The notes under the pieces are model-generated. The model ran no database searches and was not told the DNA's origin. It saw only the letters and a program-made list of their open reading frames with translations. A DNA stretch of 62,178 nt, filler included, from Kipferlia bialata (taxonomy: Eukaryota): NCBI GenBank assembly GCA_003568945.1. It is 4 parts of 4 records of this genome, joined end to end, with 100 filler letters (N's around TTAATTAATTAA, not from the genome) between each part and the next. Parts side by side here need not be neighbours in the genome. Positions count along the whole stretch, not along the records: positions 1 to 16,910 come from BDIP01000563.1; positions 17,011 to 33,892 come from BDIP01000565.1; 2 more parts are not named here. The stretch is one strand, 5' to 3'. Numbering within the stretch: position 1 is the stretch's first letter; each line of letters starts with the position of its first letter. A program made the translations under genes and the position numbers. This document shows positions 13,997-26,672 of this stretch, piece after piece.

Positions 13997-14273
13997 ATGA
14001 TTCATACTTTGAATATTCATAGACATAATATTGACTCTTAGATATATCTCCACTGTGTTATGGACCCTCCAGGTATGGCTATCTAGTGCATAGTATGTAC
14101 ACCTGCCGATTCATTTCTCTGCATTTGGCCTGCTCTGACCTGTATTGACCTGTATTGACCTGTGTTGACCCTCCAGGTATGGCTTCGTCTCCCGGGATGG
14201 GCCGGGTAATGTGCACAGGCACGAGGAGACGCGGGAGAATCTGCTCAGGCTCTATTACACGGCCCCCAAGTGA
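13574..14273 (+). CDS. GNAT-family N-acetyltransferase of bacterial YjaB/YiaC type; two exons (13574-13926, 14177-14273)
   Basis: MSIRRYQPGDEEDCLSVWENSTRLAHGAFF...AVGFMVLIGNEVGGLFVHGSHHGKGYGRALV...LEVEVFENNPIGRRFYDR|YGF. Contains the acetyl-CoA binding motif (xxGxGxG) and the N..A/G..FY...GF motif, with the intron splitting FYDR/YGF. Confidence 0.9.
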
Positions 14274-14820
14274 AGGTGGAGTGAATCATGATGTTGCCAA
14301 TGGGACCTAGAATCTAACCAATAGACATGCAGAGCGTCTCTTTTGCAATGCAGCCTACATATAGGATTATTGTAAGATGCAATGAATGATTCATTATGGA
14401 TCTCTCAGAAAGGTATGTATATCATTGATATACATACCTCTCTAGTTGATATTATCAATAGCGAGAGAGAAAGGTCACCTTAATGAGTGTGTTTGGTAGG
14501 TCCTCGCCTCTATCAACCGATACGGTATCGGTTACCGATACCGCACCTCAAGGAGGAGAGAGAGAGCGAGTTATACACTTTCATCACGTTGTTATAAACG
14601 TTAGTGTGTAATATATCAGTGGTCACAGGGCATGTGGACTCTACAGTGTAGTCTACACTGTAGACTCTACGGTGTAGAGTGCGGGGAACTCCTCAAGAGA
14701 AGCCATCCCCAAACACCTACTGTTGACCCAAAGCTCACTCACTGTATACCCAGCTACTTCAACCTGCATTGACTGTCTCTCTTTTCGCACTATCTAGTGT
14801 CGAGATACAGACTAGTGGGA

Positions 14821-15749
14821 ATGTCCTCACCCAAGCAGCCCCTCTCTCCCACTGAGTGTGACTCGTCAGAGGACTCACATGCCGAGGACTACCTCAGTGC
14901 AGTGAGTAGCGGTATCTCTACAGTTGAGGAGTACTTCCAAGGCATTGAGGACCTGGCTGTTACCTTATCTGGCCTGGTTACTCCAACCAAGCTTGACCCT
15001 ACCGCCCTCAGCCAGATAGAGGGTGTGCTCACTGCCCTGACGGAGATGAGGGCCGGTGGCAAGGAGACAGTCCGCACAGTGGAGCAGTATATTACAGTGT
15101 CCAGTAGAGGTACAATGGACTCCAACAGGAGACAGAGGCTCGATTACCTGGTGCAGAGACTCAGAGCCGTCAGCCGCAAGTTCTCCTCGAGCATTGACAA
15201 TGCGGAGAGGGTGGCCAGGGGGTTGGTGCCCAGGATCCAGGCTGTACACAACATACTCCTCATCCCCACCCTTCTGTTAGAGGCCCTAGTCTCTAGGCCC
15301 CAGAGACTGTGTCACTGGGTGTGACCCCAGCCGACAAGGACACCCTCACAAGGTATCACTTTGCATATTTAATGGTCGTGTGTTTCGTTAACTCTTATTC
15401 TATACTTCTCATTCCGTCTTCTCCCAGGTGTGCACGGGCCCTTTCCTCTGAGGGGGAGGTCCCCCAGGCAGACCTGATAGCCATGGCCAAGGCGGGTAAA
15501 GTGTATGGATGGGTAACCTCTGCCAACATGAAGGTGATTGGACCAATCATTGGTGCCTATCTGGGCAAGAAGGAGACCTACCAAGTGCACAGGGTTCCCC
15601 TGAGTGAGTATACCCTTGAGCAGGTGGGTAAGGTGGCTGCCACGCTCAAGGATGAATACCTTGGCTCAGTGGTGATGAGTGTGGCAGGGGACATGGACAC
15701 CCAGTGGCACAGACTGTGCCCCCCAGACAGTGACAAGGAAGACCTATAG
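14821..15749 (+). CDS. Hypothetical protein, probably 3 exons
   Basis: Long GC-rich ORF from ATG 14821, a frame change consistent with a short intron ending near 15295 (ctctag|gcc), a second intron 15353-15427, and a stop at 15747-15749. First donor position uncertain. Confidence 0.6.
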
Positions 15750-16860
15750 GCGGGAAAGCCTTTGGAGACCACTTGGAACGAGCTAAGAGAGAACGGTTTG
15801 GAGGGTGTCAATCTCTCCTATTCCCTTTCACTCCTCAGTAACTTACTGAGTCGTTAAGCCAAGTTGTAGTGTTAGTGCAAGGTTGTCTGATTTTACAACT
15901 TTCAAATCCCTCAGACACTAGAGACTCATCGAGTAGACATCTATTCTGTAGCTCTTGCAAAGGGGTCATCGTTGTTGTGTCACTGATCTATGACCTATGT
16001 AATAATACTTACTCTCCCTCATCCTAATATGGTGTGGTTGCTATCTCGCCACAATGGGTAGTCCCTTTGACCCCCGGTTCTCTCTCTGGGGAAGGGAAGG
16101 GTATGGTGGTGAACCAGGACTTCTCTGTCTCTTAGACATCATATACTGTGATGCCCGCATTTCTACCAGGCATACGTGAGATCAGGTAAAACACTTGACA
16201 CAGCGGGGTACCAAGTTGGTACTACCACAGTACCTAGTGTTATTCTCTATGATAAACGTATATTCTGTCTCTCCGGAGCTCATCTCATAGCCATTTCCCC
16301 GTGAGAGTGAGAGATACAGAGGGGAGAGACTGAGACAGGAGGCAGAGGCCAAGAAGGCAGAGGCTGCGCACTCAACAGGCAGAGGATGCTGGAGAATGGG
16401 GAAGCAAAACAAGAGAAAGGCAAATACGACAAGGAAGGCAGGGGGGACAAGAAGTGAGGGAATCTAAATGCGGTCTGTCATGCGTCTTACTAGTAATGTA
16501 GTGAATCTCCGTAGGATACCACTTCTATGAACACATACATTGTCAACGCGGTCTCTTGTGTTAAACTTCCAAACAAAAACACACAAGGGTTTAGGAGCAC
16601 CTAGCACTGCATATCTGTATCTCTTTAGTCCCAGTGTTAGGGTGGGATTGAACATGAAGGGAGCCAAGAGGAGAGATATCAAGGCGCAGGCTGGTAAGAA
16701 GTCCAACAAGGGAGCCGCAAAGTGAGTGAGTTTGTATTGACTTGTATATAGTCAATCCCAGTATGATGTATCATCTGTGTGTACATGTTGAAGCGCATGG
16801 CTGTATCAGCATGTCTACACTCGCATGAGACTCTGTATGAAAGCATTTTACCCTGTTATC

Positions 16861-16910
<50 letters not shown>

Positions 16911-16954
16911 NNNNNNNNNNNNNNNNNNNNNNNNNNNNNNNNNNNNNNNNNNNN

Positions 16955-16966
16955 TTAATTAATTAA
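16955..16966. other. Artificial contig linker (TTAATTAATTAA within N runs)
   Basis: Identical 12-mer with stops in all six frames, embedded in Ns and repeated at 33937 and 45267. Confidence 0.95.
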
Positions 16967-17010
16967 NNNNNNNNNNNNNNNNNNNNNNNNNNNNNNNNNN
17001 NNNNNNNNNN

Positions 17011-17065
<55 letters not shown>

Positions 17066-17335
17066 AGATGGGGCGCCAACATACAACATACACGGACACC
17101 TAATTCGGGAAAAGGCAGCCAATTGACCAGATGAAGGAGATACTATGTGGGAACAAGAGATTGGCATTAACATGATACCAAACACACACCGACACGAGAG
17201 AGAGAGAGAGTGGGGGATACTCATGTATGATACCTCAGCACTCCTGTAGAAGAGAGAGAGAGAGAGATATCCCAAGAGAATGAGAGAGTAGCAGTATACT
17301 CTAAGAGAGAGAGGGTATATACACATACTGGTTAC

Positions 17336-17377
17336 CTCAGGCTCCGGCACTCCACCCCTCTCACCATCCTTCTCCAT
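17336..17377 (-). CDS. Possible first exon of a gene divergent from DNAAF3 (runs off the contig end)
   Basis: ATG...MEKDGERGGVPEPE followed by a gtaacc donor, with a possible 10-nt micro-exon (cag|gagtgctgag|gtatca) near 17236-17246. Confidence 0.3.
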
Positions 17378-17680
17378 GACTCTACCCTTCACTGTCTCTC
17401 ACTCAGTGTGACTTGATGGTATTGACACTCAGGAGAGTCGGTGAATGGCACAGAGTCACTGTGTAAGAGACAGTCACTGACTTGGACTACTCAGCATTGG
17501 TGTTTTTGTCTAATCAGAGAAGAAGGGTGCAGGGTGTCAGACTCATGCTGTTATGCCGCACTCTCTTCTACACCATACACACTGCGTGTATCTGCATACA
17601 ACTGCACATATCTGCACTATATAGGTAGATAGGGACCCTTTATACCGCTAAGCCGGAGAGAGAGAGAGAGAGAGAGAGAG

Positions 17681-18120
17681 ATGCAGGGACAGTCCCAGGC
17701 GCAGTCCTATGGGAACAAGCAGTACTGGGGGCTGGGGTCTCCCATTGAGCTGAGGGAGAAGGCAACGTCAGTCGGGGCTGGAGACAAGGTACGTGTGAAG
17801 TATAGGACGCACTCAAATGTTTCATACATATATACATGCATACATGTTACTGAATAGTGTCTTGATTGATTGGCGAGCATATATGTATATACATATGCTC
17901 GGGGGCAGGGGGTAAGGTACTCTTGTGACTCGTGTGTGCATTTACATACATGTGTGTGTGTGTGGAGTGATACCACATATGACTCCACGTGAGTCCGTCC
18001 CTCTGTGCTCTCTCTCTCTCTCTCTCTTTCTCTCTCCATGGGTCATTATGTCTCTGTTTCCTTGTGTGGTACCTCGTAAGAATAGCAGTCGCCAGGGGCA
18101 GACTGATGCCACGTGGTGGA

Positions 18121-18159
<39 letters not shown>

Positions 18160-18404
18160 TCTACACTCACTATTAGGCTGACCGTGATTATTCTGATATG
18201 TATATGATACTGATACTGACCTCATTCTCTCTCTCTCTCTATGTGTGTGTCAATCTCCTCACTATAGGCTGACCGTGATGTCCTGATGTGTGAGACCAGT
18301 GACTTGAGGCACCTCCTTGGGAACCTATCTCTGTTCAGGTACTCTCTCTCTCTCCCCTAACCCTCTTATGTCAGAAATGTGTTGGACTGTGGCAGTGGTG
18401 TCAG

Positions 18405-18441
<37 letters not shown>

Positions 18442-21068
18442 GTACACCCTTATGTCAGGAGTACCTTGGACTGTGGCAGTGGGGTCAGCCTGACATTCCT
18501 GGAGCAGAAGCCAGGTATCATATCATATGCATTTATATATGTGTTAGTATATATATATATATGTGTGTATACATACATATATATATATATATATGTGTGT
18601 GTGTGTATAGATAATCCTGGAGCAAGCCAGGTGCATTATCGTAATAATCATGGGACCGGATCATATACTGCTGTTTGCGCTCACTGTCAGACACCCTTGA
18701 GAGTGATCATTGACACTCTGTATTGAATGCATTCTGTTACATCTAGTATTATAGTATATGTACTGTTTGGGTTAAAGTATATGTACTCACTGCCAGACAC
18801 CCTTGTGAGAGTGGCCATTGATACTCTACATATCTAGTACTCAAGTTCCTTAAAAATTGTATGAGTATAGTATCCTCTATATATACCAGTTGGATATGTT
18901 CTATCTAACTCCCAGACACCCTTGTGAGAGTGGCCATTGAGCTTGCATTCCTCATGGACATTGCCAGGTACTATATATGTATATATATATACATATATGT
19001 GTACAGTGTATTAATATAGATATATACATTGAGCTGGCATTCCTCATGGACATAGCAAGGTATAGTAAGAGTATATTTATGTATATGCACTGTATCATAT
19101 CATATCATAGCATATTGGTCCAATGGGAAGGGTCCCTCTTCGCTCTTGAGTAACTTCCCTCTACCCTAATTGACACATATCCTACATCCTTACTTCTCTC
19201 CTTCTACACCCTAGGGTGAAGGTCATATATCCTACACCCAAACCTCTCCCTCTTCATTCACTTCACCCTTAATGTCAGGGAGGAGAACACCCGTGCCAAG
19301 CTGTCCCTCTGTGAGTCACTGCTGGAGGTATATACTCTCTCTCTCTCTCTCTCTCTCAACCTAATTGCACTCCAAGTACAGCCCTCTCTCTCCCTCTCTA
19401 TCTCTCCCTCTAGCCCCTAATTCTCAGGTCCACTCCAACATCCGTCTGACACACACTGCACTGGGGGACCTAGCAAGGGTCTGCAAGGTATTCATACACT
19501 TACATATATATATGTGTATATGCATGTGATACAGAGAAGGTATCATTATTAGTATTAGTGTATTGTTCACTGCACTGGGGGACCTGGCAAGGGTGTGCAA
19601 GGTACATAGTAGAGTATTTGTATTATAGTGTACTATATATACTATGTATTCAATTTTGAGTGTACATGGTGGTATATACACTGGCCAGGGTGTGCAAGGT
19701 ATGCACTATATACCATATGAATAGTGTAAATATATCGCACATCATTTCTATCTATATTCTCCCCCAGGGCCTTGCCGACTTCTGTGGGGATGGGGGTTAC
19801 TAGAAGAAGCATATATATATATATACATATACACATATATATAATTATGTATGTGTGTTTCAATATGATACTCATCTTCAGGGCCTTGCCGACTACTTCT
19901 GTGGGGGTGGGGATATATCACCCATATATAGATATATATATAGAGATATATAGAGATATATATAGATATAGTGTCAATGTACTCATCCTCAGGGCTGATA
20001 ACAGTTGTATTCTTGTTTATATATATACCGATATTTATCGATATCCTTACCCCCAGGGCCTTGCTGACTACTTCTGTGGCGATAGGGATATATCAGCCAT
20101 ATATGTATATATATATGCATGTGTTAATTGTATATGGATATCTTTATATATAGCTCTCTCTAACTGCTAGGGCCTTGCCGACTACTTCTGTGGCGATGGT
20201 GGTTATTAGAAGAAGCAAATATTGATTGTTATATATGTACATTGTTGATATATATATTATCAATACCAGTGTACTCACCCAGGGCCTTGCCGACTACTTC
20301 TGTGGCGATGGTGGTGAGCAGTATGCATTCCTCGGACTCAAGAGGTATGTGTGTGTTCAATGACAGTATCAGTATCAGTTCTTCTGTATATGTTGAATAT
20401 CCAAACATTTGTATATGCTGTACTATGTACAAAATATATTGTATAGTGCAGTGTCCAGTATGCATCTCCTCGGACTCAAGAGGTGCGGATAGATTGTAAT
20501 GACATATATACACAAGGACTATTGTATTATGTAGATGGGTGAGCAGTATACATTCCTCGGACTCAATAGGTATATATGTACAATGGCGTAATCTACATTT
20601 GTTCATATATGTGAGTAATCTGGGACCGTCCCTATGCCCGTCAGTTCTTTCTCTACTCTCTCTCTCTCTCTCTCTCTGTCTCCCATTCTTTCTTTCTCTC
20701 TATGTGTATACATACATTGTTTCTCATACCAGACTCAAGATGCTTGACAAGGCAGACAGCCTCCATGCCCTATTATACTCTCTCTCTCTCTCTCTGTATA
20801 CATATATGGATATATGAATATACATATCTTACACTAGACTCAAGATGCGTGACAAGGACAGCCTCCACGCCCTGTGCTCCATGTACAGACAGGCCATCAG
20901 TGGCACAGAGACTGCATGGTGTGTGTTTACATAATACTCAGGCAGAGACGGCGTGGTGTGTGAACGTATACATATATACATATATACTATACTATATTTA
21001 TACACGTAATATGAGTAGTTTATGTATATATACATGCCCTGTGCTCCATGAACAGACATATACTCCAT

Positions 21069-21109
<41 letters not shown>

Positions 21110-21906
21110 CCCTAGGGATGAGAGGCAGCGTGCACAGATGGAGGAGAGATACGACGCAAGGTACAATGAGTAATTAATATGTACAATAATAGTATTGACA
21201 ATGATAATAATCATTGTTGTGTATGTATTTATATCTACATGCTCACTGGTAGAGGGAATGTCTACTCCTAGGACTACCACATGAGACATATTCACAAGTA
21301 TCTACGCTTCTTTCACATATTTGATTTGTGTTAAAATCATGAATGATATTTAGTACTCACAACCAGGGAGAACGTCTACTCCTGGGACTACCACATGAGG
21401 CTCCTCCCTCTCCTGCCCCATGTGCCAGACCTGTTCTACGTGTCATTCAGGTATAGAGAGAGAGAGAGAGAGTAATGCTATTAGTATTGAATATGATATA
21501 TGTGACACACTACGTGTCATTCAGGTATGAGGGACTATATGTGTTACGTATTGATTAGTATACTATTCGGATATTCATTGGTATGTATTGTAGTACAGTG
21601 ACTGTATTACTAATGGAGGGCATTGATTTGTCTATAGAATGTGTTAATGATACGGTATGTCACATGTTTGTTAATTATCTAACCCCTCAGGAGCTCTGGC
21701 CTTGCCTTCCTGGGTGACTACACTCAGCCACCAGCAGCATTCCTACAGGGTACGACATATGTATATAGAAGAGTACATACATATATATATGTATACATGT
21801 CCTTCTATTTATATATGATGACTACACTCAGCCATATGCTACTATATATACATGTCACTATGTATCCATCAACGCCCCTGAGGAGTGGAGGACCCTGGAT
21901 GAGGAG

Positions 21907-21937
<31 letters not shown>

Positions 21938-23545
21938 CTAAATGATACATTAGTAGTCTATCTAACCTAGCTATTAATGCCCCTGAGGAGTGGCGGAGCC
22001 TGGAGGAGGAGAGAGAGGGAGAGGCAGAGGGAGAGGGAGAGGGAGATGGCAAGGAGCGGCGACAGGGGTTCACCAGGAGACAGAAGGTCACTCCTGAGAG
22101 CAGGTATGGTATATATGTATATATAGTATAGATACAAATGATATATATATGTATATATGTGTATATATGTATGTATATATATAGAGGACAGGGGTTCACC
22201 AGGAGACAGAAGGTGACACCGGAGAGCAGGTATAGTGTTATATACACACACACACATATATATATATATAGAAGTTTTAGAAGGGGACACCGGAGAGCAG
22301 GTATAGTGTATGTTGATGTACTCTGACCACCCAACTATGTATACAAACCTCATCAACTGTATATGGTGTATGCAGCCTATATATGTATATGTATGTGGCC
22401 TCTGACCCCTCAGATACCATGCCAGCAATGGCAACCCCACCCTGTTTGGTGTGAACTGCAAGCACTTGAAGTATGAGGTAACGCCATAGATCCACACTGA
22501 TACATTAATACTTTTGTATATCCGTTATTGTTGTATATTGTTACAAGAGATCCCACCCTGTTTGGATGGAACTGCAAGCACCTCAAGTATGAGGTAATGA
22601 TACATTTACATTGTATACACTACAACAAAATGACCTGTGGAGACCCCCCCCCCTCTCTCTCTCCCCCCCTTCCTCTTACACTAGGGCGATGTGACCACTG
22701 GTCCCTTCCTCTCTCTCTCTCTCTCCCTTCCTCTAACACTAGGGCGATGTTACCACCGGCCCCTTCCTCAGCTATCTCTCTTTCTCTCTCTCTGCCCCCC
22801 TTCCTCTTACACTAGGGCGATGTAACCACTGGTCCCTTCCTCAGCTACGGCCTCATCCCATACCCATACGTGCCAGACAAGATCAAGAAGGTGATATATA
22901 TATATATATATATCTATGCATCTATATTTGTAGCTTATATATATATATATATATTAATAGGACTAGTATAGCTACGGCCTCATCCCATACCCATACGTGC
23001 CAGACAAGATCAAGAAGGTATTTATATATGTGTATATAACTATATAGCTATACGCGTCAGACTAGATCAAGAGGGTGGGAGAGATACATATATGCTACAC
23101 GTATAGTAATATCAATGATGATAGATGAACTAGAGTTGCCATCAGACGCATTGCTTTATCTCTATCTCTAGACCCTTATTCTAGGCCCTCTCTGAGTTCC
23201 GATGCCATCTCTCTCTCTCTCTTTCTCTCTCTCTCTACCCCCTTATTCCAGGCCCTCTCTGAGTTCAGATGCCAGCGCAACCCAGTCACACCGGAGCCAG
23301 TGCACCACTCAGGTATGTGTGTCTCTCTCTTTACACATAAACACTTAGATAGAAGAAAGGGGAGAGTGTGTGAGTGTGAGAGAGAGAACAGCTGAAAACA
23401 CAAAACAAATATGATATCCGGTGTCAGAGTATGGGAAATATATGGACTATGTCTAAACTCTGGACGTCCTTGCTATCTCCCTCACTGAATACTTTTTATG
23501 CCCTGGGGATTTTTTACACCCAGGTGATGTGGCCCTTGTCAATGC

Positions 23546-23590
<45 letters not shown>

Positions 23591-23915
23591 ACACCCTTTT
23601 ACACCCAGGCGATGTTGCCCTTGTCAATGCATACTATGCAGCACAGAGGGTGTCGGATCTGGTGGCAAAGGTGTGTGTTCATATCTTGCTCTGTGTATCT
23701 CTAAGTGCTGACCTCCTTTGCCCCTATCTCTGGACAGATCTCTCTCTATATGTGTAGTCATTGACCCAAAGACCTAAGTATGTGTTTCTCTGTGGAGGTT
23801 TATCTAGGTCCTTACCACTCTATCTCCTCTGTCTCTCTCTCACTATATATATATATATAATTATACGTTATATCACTTACCGTAGGGCATGTCCATTGAC
23901 CTGGTCTGTGGCCTC
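17681..23915 (+). CDS. DNAAF3: Dynein axonemal assembly factor 3 (DNAAF3/PF22) homologue; multi-exon, 3' end truncated at a poly-C junction
   Basis: Spliced product MQGQSQAQSYGNKQYWGLGSPIELR...SDLRHLLGNL...LKMRDKDSL...WDERQRAQMEERYDARENVYSWDYHMRL...FRSSGLAF...GDVTTGPFLSYGL...GDVALVN. It matches the recalled DNAAF3 motifs G..WWG.SPA.DL, LK.RERD, WD.R.R...RYD.R....DWD..M.L, TG.AF and GDI.TGPF..FG. Confidence 0.9.
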
Positions 23916-24042
23916 CATCTTCTCCCCCCCCCCCCCCCCCCCCCCCTCTTTCCGCCCCAATCTATTTCAAATTACTACTAGCACAGTCTCTCTATCTACA
24001 TAGGAAATATTCTCCACTCTGTATTATACCCACCCACCCCAG

Positions 24043-26573
24043 GTTGCGTCTCTACAGGCCGACTACGGAGATCTGCTGAAGCGGTTTGAGTCCATCCGCG
24101 ACAACCATGGGCGGACCCTGGCCAGGCTGAAGAGTGTGACTGAGGAGCTGGGGAGGGCCAAGGGGGAGAGGGGGGGAGAGAGGCGGGGAGGGGACGCCGA
24201 GGGGGAGCTGGCTGAGATGCGTGTGATAGTGGACAGCCTGAGGAGTGAGAGGGCTGCCTTAGAGGAGGAGTCTGCCAGACACACAGCTGCTGCCATGGAT
24301 CTTGCCACACAACTAGACAAGGCCAGGGACAGACTGACCAGGGGGGAGAGGTGGGGGGTTCTCCTATATGTTGGAGTGAGAAACATACAATACATGCTAG
24401 TTATCTATCAGTGTATGTATAGACTGTCGTCTGACCCCAGGGACTCCATGGAGCAGGCTGAGCGTAACAGGCTGGAGAGAGCGGGACTGGAGGCCGAGAT
24501 ACAGGACCTGCGGCGAAGGCTGAGTGCTGCGGAGGCACAGGGACAGCAGTCACAGGTGGGGACATATACATGTGTATACAGATATGACAATACAGGTGGA
24601 TTGGAGAATACAGGTGTGTGAATATTGTCATGGATGTTTCATTTCCCTCTGTTTGCAACTCCTTCTGACCCCAGGTTGACACTGGCAAGCTCCTTGCCCT
24701 GAGTGCTGCCCACACCGTGGAGTCTCTGCAGGCTGACCTGGTCTCTGCCCAGTCCAGGGAGGAGGAGGGTGCTAGGGTGAGGGCAGACCTAGAGGCAGAG
24801 GTGGCCACCCTCAAGGCACGGGCATCTGAGGCTGAGGCCAGGGTGGAGAGTCAAGCTGAGTCCATCAGCAGTCTGGAGACACAGAGAGAGAGAGACCAGG
24901 CACGACTGGCTGCCCTAGAGACAGAGGTCTCAGAGGCATGCACAGAGAGGGAGGCCGCCCTTGCCAAGGGGCTAGGCCTGCAGACACAGCTCGATGAGGC
25001 CAAGGCCAGGGTGGAGGAGTATAGGGAGGCAGGGGATGCCCTGCGTGCACAGCTAGGGGAGGCCCAGATGGGGGCAGACGCGGCCAAGGGGAAGCTGGTG
25101 GCGGCAGAGAGGGAGGTGGAGACCATGAAGATCAGGGAGACTGAGAGAGAGAGGGCGATGGAGAGGGAGAGAGAAAGCATGGCAGAGAGAGAGAGAGACA
25201 TGCGGCAGCGGCAGGACGAGCTGAGCCGGCGTGGGTCTGTGTCAGGTGGGATGATGGGTATGGGCATGATGGGACAGGGTAGACAGAGCACAGAGACACC
25301 CCCAGGCATGGGTATGGGTATGGGTGCTGGCAGTGAGAGACCCCCCCAGTCGAGGCTGACGCCTGACATCCCCTTCCAGATGCAGGAGAGGGGCAGGAGG
25401 GGGGCAGAGAGGCATATGCCCCACCAGTTCATGCTGAAGAGCGGTGAGGCAGACTCGATGGCCCTGTCCCCTGTGATGGAGGCACCCAACTCCAAGACAC
25501 CTGCCCAGAGGGACATTGGGGCCTGGGGGCAGCCCCCCTCCCGCCCCATGTCCTCTGTGCAACCACCCTCTGCCAGGCTAGGCGGTATGGGCATGGGTGC
25601 ATGGGACGTGTCAGAGACCTCACAGGCTGGCACACCCGTTGGGTCAGTGCCCCCTAGGTCAGCGTCCATCAGGGCTGCCACACCCCTCTCTGCCTTTGCA
25701 GACAGTGCCAAGGCCATACCCCAGCAGGTGGTGCGGCCACCGGTGGTCGAGAGCATTCCCTTATGCCCTTGTAGTGCCGTGTCAGTGCTGTTTGAGCCCT
25801 CCGCTGCCTCTGCGTCCCATGCGTCCCACTACCTCTCGCTGGACTTCTTCAGCCTCCCCCCCTTGGTGTCTGCCCTGGGTCTGCCCCCTAGGAGGTGGTC
25901 GGTGGTGTCGACACCTGTCCCGCTATCCCCTCTCTTCCTGCTGTACCTCAGGGAGAGTGCTGCTGTCCTGACTGCGTGTGTGCCCTCTCCCTCTGGCACT
26001 GTGAGGGTGTCCTGCCCCATACCCCTGCTGGGGCTGCTCTCCAACCCCTCAGTCTCCCACCCTGTGTCACTGGTTGATAGGGCATGCGGTCTCTCTCTGG
26101 AGGGGACCCTCACCCTGTCTGTCACCCCTAGGGTGGGCCAGGGCGTGGTGGCTGTATTACTGCCACCCCTTCCTCCTTCCCCCTTGATGCTATCGCTGGG
26201 GGTGCAGAGGGTGAGGTCGAGGCCTGGCAAGCAGTCCTGCGGGCTAGGGCCTGAGTGTGCCGGTGTGGCCACCCTGCTAGGGTCTGTGGAGGGTAGGATG
26301 GGCCAGGGCGAGGGGTCCACCATATCCATCAGGGAGCGGTATGACCCCCACTCCAGACTGGGGTTGATATCGGGGTCTGTCCCCTTTGTCTCCCTGTCCA
26401 TCTCTCTGCCCAATGGTGACACTGCCTCTGCCAGGGTAGACAGACTGGGCTGGGACGAGCTGTGCTTGGTGACTGGGCCAAGCCAGCAGGGCATCACCTT
26501 GACTGTGGCCCTGGCTGTACGGGGGGAGGAGGTGGGAGACGCAGATATAGCTATACGGCTGGAGAACGGCTGA
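24043..26573 (+). CDS. Coiled-coil protein with C-terminal C2-like region, RPGRIP1L/MKS5 (fantom)-like; 5'-partial; exons about 24043-24350, 24441-24555, 24675-26573
   Basis: Long heptad-rich E/A/R region, then a low-complexity linker, then YLSLDFFSLPPLVS...LFLLYLRESAAVLT...IPLLGLL...GTLTLSV. The last part resembles the RPGRIP1-family C2 pattern (DF.....T...FL.YL....L.L...I.L..LL...GTL). Family assignment from memory. Confidence 0.5.
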
Positions 26574-26672
26574 TGTACAAATAGAAGTTCCAATTCATTG
26601 TCGTAGATATAGTATTGTATATGTATATCTATAGTCAGAGCCTCACAACAATGTCTACTATAGTACACGGCT

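Noticed and set aside
16300..16730. Lys/Glu-rich coding-like patches (RLRQEAEAKKAE..., MKGAKRRDIKAQAGKK...)
   Set aside because: No consistent start, splice chain or family could be established. Possibly gene relics.
19766..20340. Regularly spaced repeats with unique spacers resembling a CRISPR array
   Set aside because: The repeats are degenerate copies of an exon start with a spliceosomal acceptor, the spacers are AT microsatellite, there are no cas genes, and the context is eukaryotic.
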